A stretch of DNA of 63,718 nucleotides, the filler included, from Alphaproteobacteria bacterium (GTDB taxonomy: Bacteria; Pseudomonadota; Alphaproteobacteria; Caedimonadales; UBA9215): NCBI GenBank assembly GCA_024280495.1. It is 5 parts of 5 records of this genome, joined end to end, with 100 filler letters (N's around TTAATTAATTAA, not from the genome) between each part and the next. Parts side by side here need not be neighbours in the genome. Positions count along the whole stretch, not along the records: positions 1 to 5,078 come from JAJRPZ010000026.1; positions 5,179 to 14,082 come from JAJRPZ010000027.1; 3 more parts are not named here. One strand, 5' to 3'. The notes under the pieces are model-generated. The model saw nothing but the letters and a program-made list of their open reading frames with translations, was not told the DNA's origin and did no database searches. A program made the position numbers and the translations under genes. Every line of letters starts with the position of its first letter. The first letter of the stretch is position 1. Positions 1 through 9,738 of the stretch are shown here, one piece after another.

Positions 1-547
1 CAGACTCACGGTCCGTAATAATGCGTAAAGCAACAGATTGTACACGACCAGCAGATCTTGACCCAGGAAGTTTTCGCCATAAAACCGGCGACAAGTTAAA
101 ACCCACAAGGTAATCCATGGCGCGCCTAGCAAGATAAGCATCAACCATGGTTAGATCTAACTCTCGTGGGTCGTCCATGGCTTTTAAAATGGCTTTTTTT
201 GTAATCTCGTGAAAAACCACCCGAGAAAATGTTTTATTCTTCAAGGTTTTTTGTTCTTGAAGCACCTTGAGAACGTGCCAAGAAATAGCCTCTCCCTCGC
301 GGTCGGGGTCAGTTGCGAGAATAATTTCATCTGATTTCTTAGCCGCTGCTATGAGGTCTGAAACTTGTTTTTTGGACTTAACGTCCATTTCCCACTTCAT
401 GGCAAAATTATTATCTGGATCTACGGATCCATCCTTTGAAGGCAAGTCCCTAATGTGACCATAGCTGGCAAGAACGATATAATCAGAACCCAGATATTTA
501 TTAATTGTTTTTGCTTTTGAAGGGGATTCCACAACCACAAGTTTCAT
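1..547 (-). CDS. topA: DNA topoisomerase I, N-terminal part (runs off window start)
   Basis: Own translation from ATG at 547: MKLVVVESPSKAKTINKYLG...SYGHIRDL...ATDPDREGEAISWH...SAGRVQS (TOPRIM motifs); follows dprA as usual. Confidence 0.96.
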   Translation of the reverse strand, partial: MKLVVVESPSKAKTINKYLGSDYIVLASYGHIRDLPSKDGSVDPDNNFAMKWEMDVKSKKQVSDLIAAAKKSDEIILATDPDREGEAISWHVLKVLQEQKTLKNKTFSRVVFHEITKKAILKAMDDPRELDLTMVDAYLARRAMDYLVGFNLSPVLWRKLPGSRSAGRVQSVALRIITDRES

Positions 548-587
548 TTAAAAAGGCCTTTATTATTTAAAATTTTAACGTCATTTT

Positions 588-1784
588 TTAAGTAGATAAT
601 TGATTCCCAGGGTGCCTGGTGACGGCACCTGCGAGCTCGAGCTCAAGCAAAACAGACATCACATGGGAAAAAGCATAAGGACACGCCCGCAATAATTCGT
701 CAAGGGAAATCGGCGCGCTACTTAGGTGTTGGAGGATTTCTTGAGACAAGTTTTTAGCGTCACTTTCCTGTAAGTTCTCGCCTCCATCATTAATCTCTTT
801 TTGAACACTTTCACCATAAGTATCGTTGACACAATCAAAGGCTGCCTCCCTCATAACATCACGGAACGGTGCATCTAAAACGTCCATAACATCCCTTGCA
901 TCACATATAAGTGTCGCACCATTTCGAATGAGAGCATTGCTTCCCCTGTACCGTGGATCCATGGGAGATCCTGGGACCACAAACACATCTCTATTTTGTT
1001 CAACGGCATAGCGTGCAGTGATAAGAGACCCCGATTGCAAAGCAGCTTCAACAATAATGACACCCTGGGATAACGCTGATATTAAACGATTGCGCCTTGG
1101 AAACAGAGTGCTTTGAGGTTCCGTGCCAATGGGAGATTCTGCCAAAATAGCGCCTTGTTCACGCAAACGGTGAAATAAGGCCAAGTGTTCCGTTGGATAA
1201 ACTTTATCAATACCACCAGCAATCACACCTATGGTTCCCGTATCTATGGCGCCTTGATGAGCCTGTCCATCAATACCCCGCGCCAGACCAGAGGCAATAA
1301 CAAATCCTTGTGCCCCTAGATCTTGGGCTAACTTAAAAGTTATCTTCTTACCATTAAGAGAGCAATTTCGAGCCCCCACAATACCCACGGCTTTTTGATG
1401 TAATAGGTCTTTTCTGCCATGGAGGCTTAAAATAGGGGGAGCTTCATCAATGTTCCTCAAATGCTTTGGATAAACACCATCTCCATCCACGATAATTTTA
1501 GCGCCAATTCTTTCATGGTGCTCAAGCTCTTGAATGGCTTGGTCTTTCGAATAAACAGATAAGGGTGCACGTCGGCCACCTCGTGTTGCCAAATGAGGAA
1601 GGGCCTCCAGGGCTTTTTCTGAAGTTTTGTACCGTTTTAAAAGATTACGATAGGTCACAGGACCCACGTTTTGTGAGCGAAAAAGGCAAATACGACCTAT
1701 AATTTCCTGTTCTGATAAGGTGCCAGAATTTTGAATATCTGACGCCTCCTCTTCCTCAAATTCTCTAAAGGGAAGATTCTCCAA
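588..1784 (-). CDS. dprA: DNA-processing protein DprA
   Basis: VGIVGAR, SGLARGID, FPRRNRLIS, EAALQSGSLITA motifs; C-terminal winged helix LLELELAG. Confidence 0.96.
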   Translation of the reverse strand: MENLPFREFEEEEASDIQNSGTLSEQEIIGRICLFRSQNVGPVTYRNLLKRYKTSEKALEALPHLATRGGRRAPLSVYSKDQAIQELEHHERIGAKIIVDGDGVYPKHLRNIDEAPPILSLHGRKDLLHQKAVGIVGARNCSLNGKKITFKLAQDLGAQGFVIASGLARGIDGQAHQGAIDTGTIGVIAGGIDKVYPTEHLALFHRLREQGAILAESPIGTEPQSTLFPRRNRLISALSQGVIIVEAALQSGSLITARYAVEQNRDVFVVPGSPMDPRYRGSNALIRNGATLICDARDVMDVLDAPFRDVMREAAFDCVNDTYGESVQKEINDGGENLQESDAKNLSQEILQHLSSAPISLDELLRACPYAFSHVMSVLLELELAGAVTRHPGNQLST

Positions 1785-2496
1785 TTTTACTCTCCTGCCC
1801 TGATAAAAGTCTCCCTATATTATCCCGATGAGCCAAGAACACAAGAGCCGATAAGAAAAACATCCACAAAGAATCAGAAAAAGATAATAAATAAGTCGTT
1901 AACAAGGGAGCTACGGTAAAGGAAACCAACCCAGCAAGGGAAGAAATACGCAGAAATTTTGCGAGTAACACCCAAGTAGCAAGGGAAACAAGAGCCACGG
2001 GCCAAACAAAAAAGAGCATCACGCCAAGACCCGTTGCTATTCCCTTTCCTCCCTTAAATCCAAGCCAACACGGAAACATATGACCCAAAACAGGAAACAA
2101 AAAAGCGAAATAATATACAGAGTAATGAAAAGTACCTGCCCCATAACGATCCAGCAGAAACAAGGGTATATAACCTTTTGAAATATCAAATAACAGCGTT
2201 AAAAGGGCCGCAAGCTTATTTCCTGAACGTAAAACGTTGGTGGTTCCAATATTACCAGAGCCAATATTTCGCACATCTTTATTGGTCATAATCCTGGTAA
2301 AAATTAATCCAAAAGGAATAGATCCACAAAGATAGAGCAAAAATAAAGCAGCTGATTGCTTTACTAACATCGGACGTAGTTCTGGTGACATCAATGAATC
2401 AATAGTGCTAGAGGCTACAAATCCCATGGCGACAAGGGCACAAAACGCATAAGCCATTATAAAATTACGAAAAATTGGGTGTTTGGATTTTGCCAT
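1765..2496 (-). CDS. plsY: Glycerol-3-phosphate acyltransferase PlsY
   Basis: GSIPFG, GSGNIGTTN, GHMFP..FKGGKG, HRDNI motifs. Confidence 0.95.
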   Translation of the reverse strand: MAKSKHPIFRNFIMAYAFCALVAMGFVASSTIDSLMSPELRPMLVKQSAALFLLYLCGSIPFGLIFTRIMTNKDVRNIGSGNIGTTNVLRSGNKLAALLTLLFDISKGYIPLFLLDRYGAGTFHYSVYYFAFLFPVLGHMFPCWLGFKGGKGIATGLGVMLFFVWPVALVSLATWVLLAKFLRISSLAGLVSFTVAPLLTTYLLSFSDSLWMFFLSALVFLAHRDNIGRLLSGQESKIGESSL

Positions 2497-2557
2497 ATTT
2501 GAAAAGGCCCTTATTATAAATTTATTGTTAAAATTCTAGCAAAAGCATCTCACTCTG

Positions 2558-3862
2558 TCAGTAAGGTTCTTTACCTTTATCCTTTCTCAACTTTTCCCAA
2601 TATGCCAAGCGTTTTTTAACATCCCGTTCGAACCCGCGCTCGACGGGACTGTAGAATTTTTGATGACCAAGAGATTGAGGAAAGTATTCTTGGCCTGAAA
2701 AACCTTCAGGAGTATCGTGGTCATAGATATACCCATCGCCATACCCTTCTTGGGCCATAAATTTCGTTGGTGCATTCAAAATATGCTTTGGCGGCATACA
2801 ACTCCCTGTTTTTTTTACACACTGGGTTGCAGATTTTTGCGCCAGATAAAGTGCATTTGATTTTGGAGCCGTCGCAAGATAAACAACCAATTGCGCCACT
2901 GCTAAATCGCCCTCAGGAGATCCTAAAAAAGTAAAAGCTTGGTGAGCCGCATTAGCTTGAACCAGGGCATTGGGATCCGCAAGGCCGATATCCTCTACTG
3001 CAAAACGAACCAATCGCCTTAAAATATAGCGTGGGTCCTCACCGCCATCCAACATACGCGCAAGCCAATATAATCCAGCATCTGGATCCGACCCCCGCAA
3101 GGATTTATGCAATGCGCTAATGAGATTGTAATGCCCCTCTTGGGCCTTGTCATATAAAGGGCGGCGTTTTTGAAGAAATTCGGACAAACCATCCACATCA
3201 AGATTTTCGTCAAATGACGTCGACGTCAGCATCTCAATCATACTCAATAAATAACGTGCGTCGCCATCGGCCAAAGCTAATATCATTTCCAGCGCCCCCT
3301 CATCCAAGGGCAATAAAATTTTTAAATGCACCTCTGCTTTTTCCATAAGAATCCTAAGGTCATCCTCTCCCAAAGGGTTAAGGGTAAACACTTGAGTTCT
3401 TGACAACAAAGCACTATTGAGGGGAAAGGAAGGGTTTTCCGTTGTTGCACCAATAAGGACAAGACGACCATCTTCGAGATGGGCAAGAAAACTGTCTTGT
3501 TGAGCCCGGTTGAAACGATGGATTTCATCCACAAACAACAACGTACGACGGCCCATTTTGGCTGATTTTTCAGCTTGATCGAAAACCTTTCGCACATCAG
3601 ATACTCCAGAAAGAACAGCAGAGAATGACGCAAATTCCATATCAACTGACTTTGCAATCAATTTAGCAAGGGTTGTTTTGCCGCACCCTGGTGGACCCCA
3701 AAGGATAATAGAGCTCAGACTTTGGGTTTCCAGCATACACCTTAGAGGTGATTCATTTTTGAGGAGATGATCCTGCCCTACCATATCCTCAAGAACCTGC
3801 GGGCGCATAATTTCTGCTAGAGGTTTATGGCGTTTTAAATTTTGTGAGAAAAGTGTCGTCAT
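2558..3862 (-). CDS. rarA: Replication-associated recombination protein A (AAA+)
   Basis: PLAEIMRP, WGPPGCGKTT, DEIHRFN, ISALHKSLRGSD; start placed at ATG 3862 (GAGG upstream). The frame stays open upstream through a repeat element to 4042. Confidence 0.94.
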   Translation of the reverse strand: MTTLFSQNLKRHKPLAEIMRPQVLEDMVGQDHLLKNESPLRCMLETQSLSSIILWGPPGCGKTTLAKLIAKSVDMEFASFSAVLSGVSDVRKVFDQAEKSAKMGRRTLLFVDEIHRFNRAQQDSFLAHLEDGRLVLIGATTENPSFPLNSALLSRTQVFTLNPLGEDDLRILMEKAEVHLKILLPLDEGALEMILALADGDARYLLSMIEMLTSTSFDENLDVDGLSEFLQKRRPLYDKAQEGHYNLISALHKSLRGSDPDAGLYWLARMLDGGEDPRYILRRLVRFAVEDIGLADPNALVQANAAHQAFTFLGSPEGDLAVAQLVVYLATAPKSNALYLAQKSATQCVKKTGSCMPPKHILNAPTKFMAQEGYGDGYIYDHDTPEGFSGQEYFPQSLGHQKFYSPVERGFERDVKKRLAYWEKLRKDKGKEPY

Positions 3863-3875
3863 ATAATTACCCTCA

Positions 3876-3983
3876 TATAGTTGATCAGTTTTTTTTGTTG
3901 ACACAAGGCGTAAGAAGCAACGCCTAGAACTTATAGGCGCGGGAATGATTGACGACGTCTGGGATCTTTTTGCAATGACGATA
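3876..3983 (-). mobile_element. ~107-bp palindromic miniature element, copy 1 (diverged 3' part)
   Basis: Minus strand TATCGTCATTGCAAAAAGATCCCAGACGTCGTCAATCATTCCCGCGCCTATAAGTTCTAGGCGTTG...CAACTATA matches the other five copies over its first ~65 nt. Confidence 0.85.
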
Positions 3984-3986
3984 ACC

Positions 3987-4709
3987 TTACGAATTTTGTC
4001 TTGCGTATTCATAAAAAGAAAGCGCCGCTGCATTGGAAACATTTAAAGTTGGAAACAGAGGATTGGTTGGCAAAAAGGAAAGAAGATCACAATTCTCCTT
4101 CGTCAAACGGCGAAGTCCTTTTCCCTCAGCCCCCAACACAAGAACAATTTTTCCCACCAAGGGGGCTTTCTGCAACGGTCCTTCCCCTTTTTCATCAAGA
4201 CCAATACACCAATATCCAGCTTTTTTAAATTTTTCAAGGGTTTGAGACAGATTCGTGACCGTATGCATGGCCACATGTTCAATGCCACCACAAGCGGTTT
4301 TGGCGAGAATAGCACTATCTTGTGGAGCCGATTGGTGCTTTGGCATAATTAAGCTTTTCGCACCAAAAGCCGCAGCCGAGCGTGCAATGGCCCCGACATT
4401 ATGAGGGTCCGTCACCTGATCCAACATCACAAAAAGAGCAGCCTTTTCTGAAGACGTAGCCTCGACAAGATCCTCCAATGGGCCATGGGAAAGCTGTTCC
4501 GTTTCAAGGGCAATTCCCTGGTGAACGGCATCATGACCAAAACGATTGAAAAACGTCTCTAGGGGGACAATTTCTATTTTATGGCGCGCAAATTTCTTCT
4601 TCAGATCTTCCAAATCTTTCAACGTACGGCTGAGAAAAATTTTTCTCACATGCCGCCTAGAATTTCCAAGGGCTGCCATCACCGCGTGCCGTCCATATAA
4701 CCAAATCAT
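3987..4709 (-). CDS. rlmB: 23S rRNA (G2251)-2'-O-methyltransferase, SpoU family
   Basis: LYGRHAV, HQGI, LDQVTDPHNVGAIARSA, GAEGKGLR, LNVSNAA. Confidence 0.93.
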   Translation of the reverse strand: MIWLYGRHAVMAALGNSRRHVRKIFLSRTLKDLEDLKKKFARHKIEIVPLETFFNRFGHDAVHQGIALETEQLSHGPLEDLVEATSSEKAALFVMLDQVTDPHNVGAIARSAAAFGAKSLIMPKHQSAPQDSAILAKTACGGIEHVAMHTVTNLSQTLEKFKKAGYWCIGLDEKGEGPLQKAPLVGKIVLVLGAEGKGLRRLTKENCDLLSFLPTNPLFPTLNVSNAAALSFYEYARQNS

Positions 4710-4947
4710 TTAATATCCTTTTTAGGGCCAGCTTTAGGACCGAGTTATTTCAATACATCTTTTTTAACGCCCCCTGGCTTTTTCCGCAAGATTCATTTTT
4801 TATATAAGAAACTCTGCGAAAGACCTTCAGAGTTTTTCCTAACGTTAATTTAGGCACTTTTTCGGGGCAGTGGTGCATAAATAGTCAAAATTTACCAATT
4901 TTGTTGTTTTTCATTCATTAACATGAAAATTCACAAACCTTATAAAC

Positions 4948-5078
4948 GGCCCCTTCACATGTGAAGTGCGTCATTTGAGTTTTTGGTCTGGTCTTCGTAA
5001 AACACTTCAGTTGGCGTTTTAAAATTAAGGATGCGTCTTGGTCTTGTGTTGAGTAACATTTCGATCTTTTTCACATCC
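4948..5078 (-). mobile_element. IS30-family element, right end (transposase C-terminus 4955-5077 plus terminal IR), cut by contig end
   Basis: Own translation DVKKIEMLLNTRPRRILNFKTPTEVFYEDQTKNSNDALHM* has the IS30 LNxRPRxxLxFKTPxE motif; IR-like end GGCCCCTTCACATGTGAAGTGC. Confidence 0.85.
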
Positions 5079-5178
5079 NNNNNNNNNNNNNNNNNNNNNN
5101 NNNNNNNNNNNNNNNNNNNNNNTTAATTAATTAANNNNNNNNNNNNNNNNNNNNNNNNNNNNNNNNNNNNNNNNNNNN
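5079..5178. other. Artificial contig linker
   Basis: 44 N + TTAATTAATTAA (stops in all six frames) + 44 N. Confidence 0.98.
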
Positions 5179-5179
5179 A

Positions 5180-5551
5180 TATGATCAATTTGGTTATGGT
5201 GATACCCTCCAAGCCCTCAAGAATCATAAAAAAGTAAGTGTTTTTGATGATATTGGCAACGTGGACCTCACCACCCACGTAAATTTTGCAACGCTAAAGC
5301 GCATTGCGCAAATTTTGGAAAAAGAAGGTCACTCTGACGGAGGTAAAGACAACCTCCAAAGCCACCTGACCACTCAAGGAGAGCTCCTAAGGGACCTTGG
5401 CATTAATATTAGAACCCAATGCCTTAGTAAGGTCTGCAAGACCACTGGAGAAAGAGAGGATCTATTCGCCGCCACGAACCGTTTGGTCGACAAAAAACAA
5501 ATGGGAATCCTATTTAAGTGTCTTCAGATTTGGTCAAAAAAACACCCATAG
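5180..5551 (+). CDS. SAM-dependent methyltransferase, MidA/NDUFAF7 family, C-terminal fragment
   Basis: GDTLQALKNH, DLTTHVNF, TQGELLRDLGI, RLVDKKQMGILFK; 5' end cut by linker. Confidence 0.88.
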   Translation, partial: YDQFGYGDTLQALKNHKKVSVFDDIGNVDLTTHVNFATLKRIAQILEKEGHSDGGKDNLQSHLTTQGELLRDLGINIRTQCLSKVCKTTGEREDLFAATNRLVDKKQMGILFKCLQIWSKKHP

Positions 5552-5567
5552 AAACCTTTGTCATTAT

Positions 5568-8354
5568 CTATTCTTTTGTTTCAATTTCTTCCTTTGACTC
5601 AACAGTAGGTGCATTTTCAGAATGTTCAAGATCACCTTCAACGGCATCCGCTGTCATATCTTTGGGATCTTCTTGCAAGTCATCCTGGGCAATTCTAGCA
5701 ACAGACACAACGGTTTCACCGTCGGCCACACGAAAGAGAGTAACGCCCTGGGTAGAACGTCCCGCAATACGGACATCATCAATGGTGAAACGAATCAATT
5801 TACCAGCATCGGTCACAAGAACAAGATCATCACCAGATGCCGTAATAAAGGAACCAGCGATCTCACCATTTTTTGACGTCAGAGTCATATTGGAAATGCC
5901 CTGACCGCCTCGACCACTGACACGGTATTCATAGGCAGAAGAACGTTTACCAAAGCCTTTGTTGGTCGTCGTCGTGATGAATTGCTCATGGGATTCAAGG
6001 TCATCGAAACGATCTGAACTCAGCAAGTCATCAGCATCACCAGCCATCTCGCTAGTCACATCAAAGGAATCAGCATCTTCAGAACCACGTTTCATACGAG
6101 ACATACGGATGTATGCATCACGCTCTTCCATGGTGAAGGTCACATGATTCAATATAGAAAGTGAGATAACTTCATCATTATTTGCAAGCTTAATACCACG
6201 TACACCCGTTGAATTACGACTGGCAAAAACACGCAATGCCTCAGCACTAAAGCGGATACATTTACCTTTGCGCGTCGCCAACAAAATATCTTGATCGGGA
6301 TCGCACATTTTAACAGCAACCAATTTTTCTTCAGCATCCAACTTCATGGCGATTTTACCATTGGCACGAACATTCAGAAAATCACCAAGGGCATTACGGC
6401 GAATGCTACCAGAACTTGTGGCAAAGATAATATTTTTGTTTTCAAGGTCCTCTGACTCACCAACGATGGGCATAATGGTGGCGATGGTTTCATTTTGATC
6501 AATGGGAAGAAGGTTAATCATAGCTTTACCAAGGGAAGTTGGTGAACCTAGGGGGAGTTTATAAACCTTCATCACATGGGCGATGCCCTTATTGGTAAAA
6601 AATAAAATCGGTGTATGAGTATTGGCCACAAAAATTTCTGAGACAATATCTTCATCTCGAGTCGACATACCGCTACGACCCTTACCACCACGTTTTTGAG
6701 CACGATAAGTTGCAAGGGGAACACGCTTAATATAACCATTTTGAGATACTGTTACGACCATATCTTCTTTTTGGATGAGGTCTTCCATGTCAACGGTAAG
6801 TTCAATATCCATAATTTCAGATTTACGAGGAGTCGCAAAATTTTCTTTAATTTCAAGAAATTCATCGGTCATGATGCCAAAAATACGATCACGGCTAGCA
6901 AGAATATCAAGATATTCCTTGATTTGCGCAACGATTTCTTCTAGCTCATTGGCAATTTTATCACGCTCGAGACCCGTCAAACGATGAAGTTTCAATTCTA
7001 AAATAGCGCGGGCTTGAACTTCAGAGAGTTTATAAGTGCCGTTGTCAATTTTATAACCAGGCTCATTCACCAGTTGAATCAGGGCTGAAACGGATTCACA
7101 ATGCCATTTTTTTTCAAGCAATGCTTCTCTCGCAGTTGCTGGATCAGATGCTCCTTTAATGAGGGATATAACTTCGTCAATATTGGCAACGGCAACAGCA
7201 AGACCGATCAAAACGTGGGCTCGGCGTTGGGATTTAGCAAGTTCGTATTTAACACGACGCACAATAACTTCTTCGCGAAAACTGATGAAAGCCTTGATGA
7301 TTTCACGAAGGTTCATCAATTTTGGTTGCCCTTGGTCAAGGGCCAACATATTGGCGCCAAAAGATGTTTGCAGAGGCGTATGACGGAAAAGCTGATTTAA
7401 AACAACCTCACCAACGGCATCGCGTTTTAATTCAACAACAACACGAACACCATCGCGGTCGGATTCATCACGAAGATCTGAAATGCCCTCGATGACTTTA
7501 TTCTTTACCACCTCGGCCATACGTTCGATCATACGAGATTTATTAACTTGATAAGGAATTTCTGTGATCACAATGGCATGACGATCTTTACGCACTTCTT
7601 CAAAATGCGTGCGGCCACGCATAAGAATGGATCCACGGCCCGTATTCAGTGCAGACGTCAGGCCCGAACGCCCGAGAATCAAGGCACCCGTAGGAAAATC
7701 TGGTCCTTTTACATGCTCCATTAAATCCGTGGTCGTCATTTCTGGATTTTCAACAAAAGCACAACAGGCATCCAAAAGCTCACCAAGATTATGGGGAGGA
7801 ATATTCGTGGCCATACCAACGGCAATACCGCCAGCTCCATTCACGAGAATATTGGGGAAGCGAGCGGGTAAAACCGTCGGTTCATGTTCACTTTCATCGT
7901 AGTTTGGCCTGAAATCAACGGTGTCTTTATCGATATCATCCAAAAGAGATCTTGAGACTTTTGCAAGACGCGCCTCGGTATAACGTGAAGCCGCAGCTGG
8001 ATCACCGTCCATGGAGCCAAAGTTTCCTTGACCATCAATCAACGGCACGCGCAAAGAGAAATCCTGAGCCATGCGAACCATAGAGTCATAAATGGCCATA
8101 TCACCATGGGGGTGGTATTTCGCCATAACATCACCCGTTACACGGGCAGATTTTCGAAAAGGCTTATTGTAATCAAAGCCAGATTCATTCATGGAATGTA
8201 AAATACGACGATGAACAGGTTTCAACCCATCACGGACATCAGGAAGGGCACGGGACACGATCACACTCATGGCATAATCGAGGTAAGAATTTTTCATTTC
8301 ATCTTCGATTGAAACGGTCACAATGTTTTTTCTTACTGTACTATCCGTGCTCAC
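5568..8354 (-). CDS. gyrA: DNA gyrase subunit A
   Basis: [41 protein letters not shown], GyrA-box QKRGGKG. Confidence 0.98.
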   Translation of the reverse strand: MSTDSTVRKNIVTVSIEDEMKNSYLDYAMSVIVSRALPDVRDGLKPVHRRILHSMNESGFDYNKPFRKSARVTGDVMAKYHPHGDMAIYDSMVRMAQDFSLRVPLIDGQGNFGSMDGDPAAASRYTEARLAKVSRSLLDDIDKDTVDFRPNYDESEHEPTVLPARFPNILVNGAGGIAVGMATNIPPHNLGELLDACCAFVENPEMTTTDLMEHVKGPDFPTGALILGRSGLTSALNTGRGSILMRGRTHFEEVRKDRHAIVITEIPYQVNKSRMIERMAEVVKNKVIEGISDLRDESDRDGVRVVVELKRDAVGEVVLNQLFRHTPLQTSFGANMLALDQGQPKLMNLREIIKAFISFREEVIVRRVKYELAKSQRRAHVLIGLAVAVANIDEVISLIKGASDPATAREALLEKKWHCESVSALIQLVNEPGYKIDNGTYKLSEVQARAILELKLHRLTGLERDKIANELEEIVAQIKEYLDILASRDRIFGIMTDEFLEIKENFATPRKSEIMDIELTVDMEDLIQKEDMVVTVSQNGYIKRVPLATYRAQKRGGKGRSGMSTRDEDIVSEIFVANTHTPILFFTNKGIAHVMKVYKLPLGSPTSLGKAMINLLPIDQNETIATIMPIVGESEDLENKNIIFATSSGSIRRNALGDFLNVRANGKIAMKLDAEEKLVAVKMCDPDQDILLATRKGKCIRFSAEALRVFASRNSTGVRGIKLANNDEVISLSILNHVTFTMEERDAYIRMSRMKRGSEDADSFDVTSEMAGDADDLLSSDRFDDLESHEQFITTTTNKGFGKRSSAYEYRVSGRGGQGISNMTLTSKNGEIAGSFITASGDDLVLVTDAGKLIRFTIDDVRIAGRSTQGVTLFRVADGETVVSVARIAQDDLQEDPKDMTADAVEGDLEHSENAPTVESKEEIETKE

Positions 8355-8411
8355 GAAATACCCTCGTATCTTTTATTTTTCTATTTTCATACTTTTAATA
8401 AAGCTGAAATC

Positions 8412-8882
8412 TTAAAATGGAATTTCATCTTCAAGTTCATTGGAAATTGCAGGGGCATTTTGAGGTGTTGATACCTGTCCAGTATTCTGAGGTGCGAAAG
8501 ATTGGTCACCGCCATAAGATCCAGCCTCTGCACGGCTATCAAGCATAACCAATTCACCGCGGAAACGAGACAAAACGATTTCCGTTGTGTATTTCTCGAC
8601 CCCTTGTTGATCCGTCCATTTACGGGTTTGAAGCTGTCCTTCCAAGTAAACTTTTGACCCCTTGCGAAGGTATTTTTCAGAAATTTCAGACAAGCGCTCG
8701 TTAAATATAACAACACGATGCCATTCGGTTTTATCTTTACGTTCACCAGTGACTTTATCTTTCCATGATTCAGATGTCGCAACGGAAAGTTGTACTATTT
8801 TAAAACCATCTGCTGCATTACGCACTTCTGGATCCCGACCAAGATTACCAACGAGAATTACTTTGTTAATAGAACCTGCCAT
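8412..8882 (-). CDS. ssb: Single-stranded DNA-binding protein
   Basis: [19 protein letters not shown] ... C-terminal DEIPF. Confidence 0.98.
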   Translation of the reverse strand: MAGSINKVILVGNLGRDPEVRNAADGFKIVQLSVATSESWKDKVTGERKDKTEWHRVVIFNERLSEISEKYLRKGSKVYLEGQLQTRKWTDQQGVEKYTTEIVLSRFRGELVMLDSRAEAGSYGGDQSFAPQNTGQVSTPQNAPAISNELEDEIPF

Positions 8883-9022
8883 AATGAAAAACCTTTTTTA
8901 AAATATACCTTAAATTTATAGAACATTGAGAAACATCTGCATAGAGAGAAAGTTCTTTTTTCATAAAAATCACTATTTTTTTAGAGAAAAAATTAAGGAC
9001 TTAGGTCATATTTTTTAAATCA

Positions 9023-9038
9023 TTAACCATTCATTAAC
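9023..9038 (+). promoter_or_regulatory. Putative CtrA box
   Basis: TTAA-CCATTCA-TTAAC is an exact TTAA-N7-TTAAC match in the divergent ssb/hypothetical intergenic region. Confidence 0.55.
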
Positions 9039-9086
9039 CTTTTGCTTTTACATATAAAATCACAGGGTGGAATACAGAAGGTTAAT

Positions 9087-9419
9087 ATGACTGACGCGTC
9101 CGCAAAAAACAGGAAATTTATTGCGTTAGAAGAGACAGATGTCGCACTGATCTTTAAAGCAGACGGTCATCTTGACCTTAATTTTCCCAAGTGTATTGGG
9201 GAAAATATTCCAGAACATCTAATGGCCGCACTATCACTATCTTATGCAGCCATGGATGATGAATTTTTTGATATTATTCAAAACAGGTACATTAATGAGA
9301 TCCTTCAAACCCTCCAGGAAGAGGTAGAGGTAGAGGTAGAGGTAGAGAAGGGTCCCACTTATGAGCCACTTTCAAAAAAAAACCATTCAACGAAACCAGT
9401 CCTCAAGGTTGTTTCCTAA
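9087..9419 (+). CDS. Small acidic hypothetical protein
   Basis: ORF fills the space between ssb and the tRNA; ATG 9087 preceded by AGAAGG; no recognised domain. Confidence 0.7.
   Translation: MTDASAKNRKFIALEETDVALIFKADGHLDLNFPKCIGENIPEHLMAALSLSYAAMDDEFFDIIQNRYINEILQTLQEEVEVEVEVEKGPTYEPLSKKNHSTKPVLKVVS
9321..9347 (+). repeat. Hexanucleotide tandem repeat (GAGGTA) x4.5 encoding EVEVEVEVE
   Basis: Read directly from sequence. Confidence 0.9.
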
Positions 9420-9545
9420 ACCTTTTTATTTTTAGCATGTACTTCTTTCAACCATTTTGTATACTGAAAAAGTTATAAATTGATCCAAAAATAGCTATCA
9501 AATAACTTACTGCATCATATATAGCCAATCATTTCAAAATATGAC

Positions 9546-9622
9546 GTGCCCGTAGCTCAGTAGGATAGAGCACAAGATTCCTAATCTTGGGGTCGGAGGT
9601 TCGAATCCTCTCGGGCACACCA
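9546..9622 (+). tRNA. tRNA-Arg (anticodon CCT)
   Basis: Acceptor stem GTGCCCG/CGGGCAC, D-arm TAGCTCAG..GATAGAGC, anticodon arm CAAGA-TTCCTAA-TCTTG, GGTTCGAATCC, encoded CCA. Confidence 0.97.
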
Positions 9623-9647
9623 CTCCATTCTTCAAAAAGAATCAAAT

Positions 9648-9710
9648 ATATCTAAAAAAATAAATTTATTTTTTTAGATATTGACAAGCATTGATCACTG
9701 AATATATAAA
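9648..9710 (+). promoter_or_regulatory. 34-bp perfect palindrome abutting a putative sigma70 promoter
   Basis: ATATCTAAAAAAATAAATTTATTTTTTTAGATAT (9648-9681), TTGACA at 9681-9686, TATAAA at 9705-9710. Confidence 0.5.
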
Positions 9711-9738
9711 ATAATACAAACACAGAAGGATCTATAAT

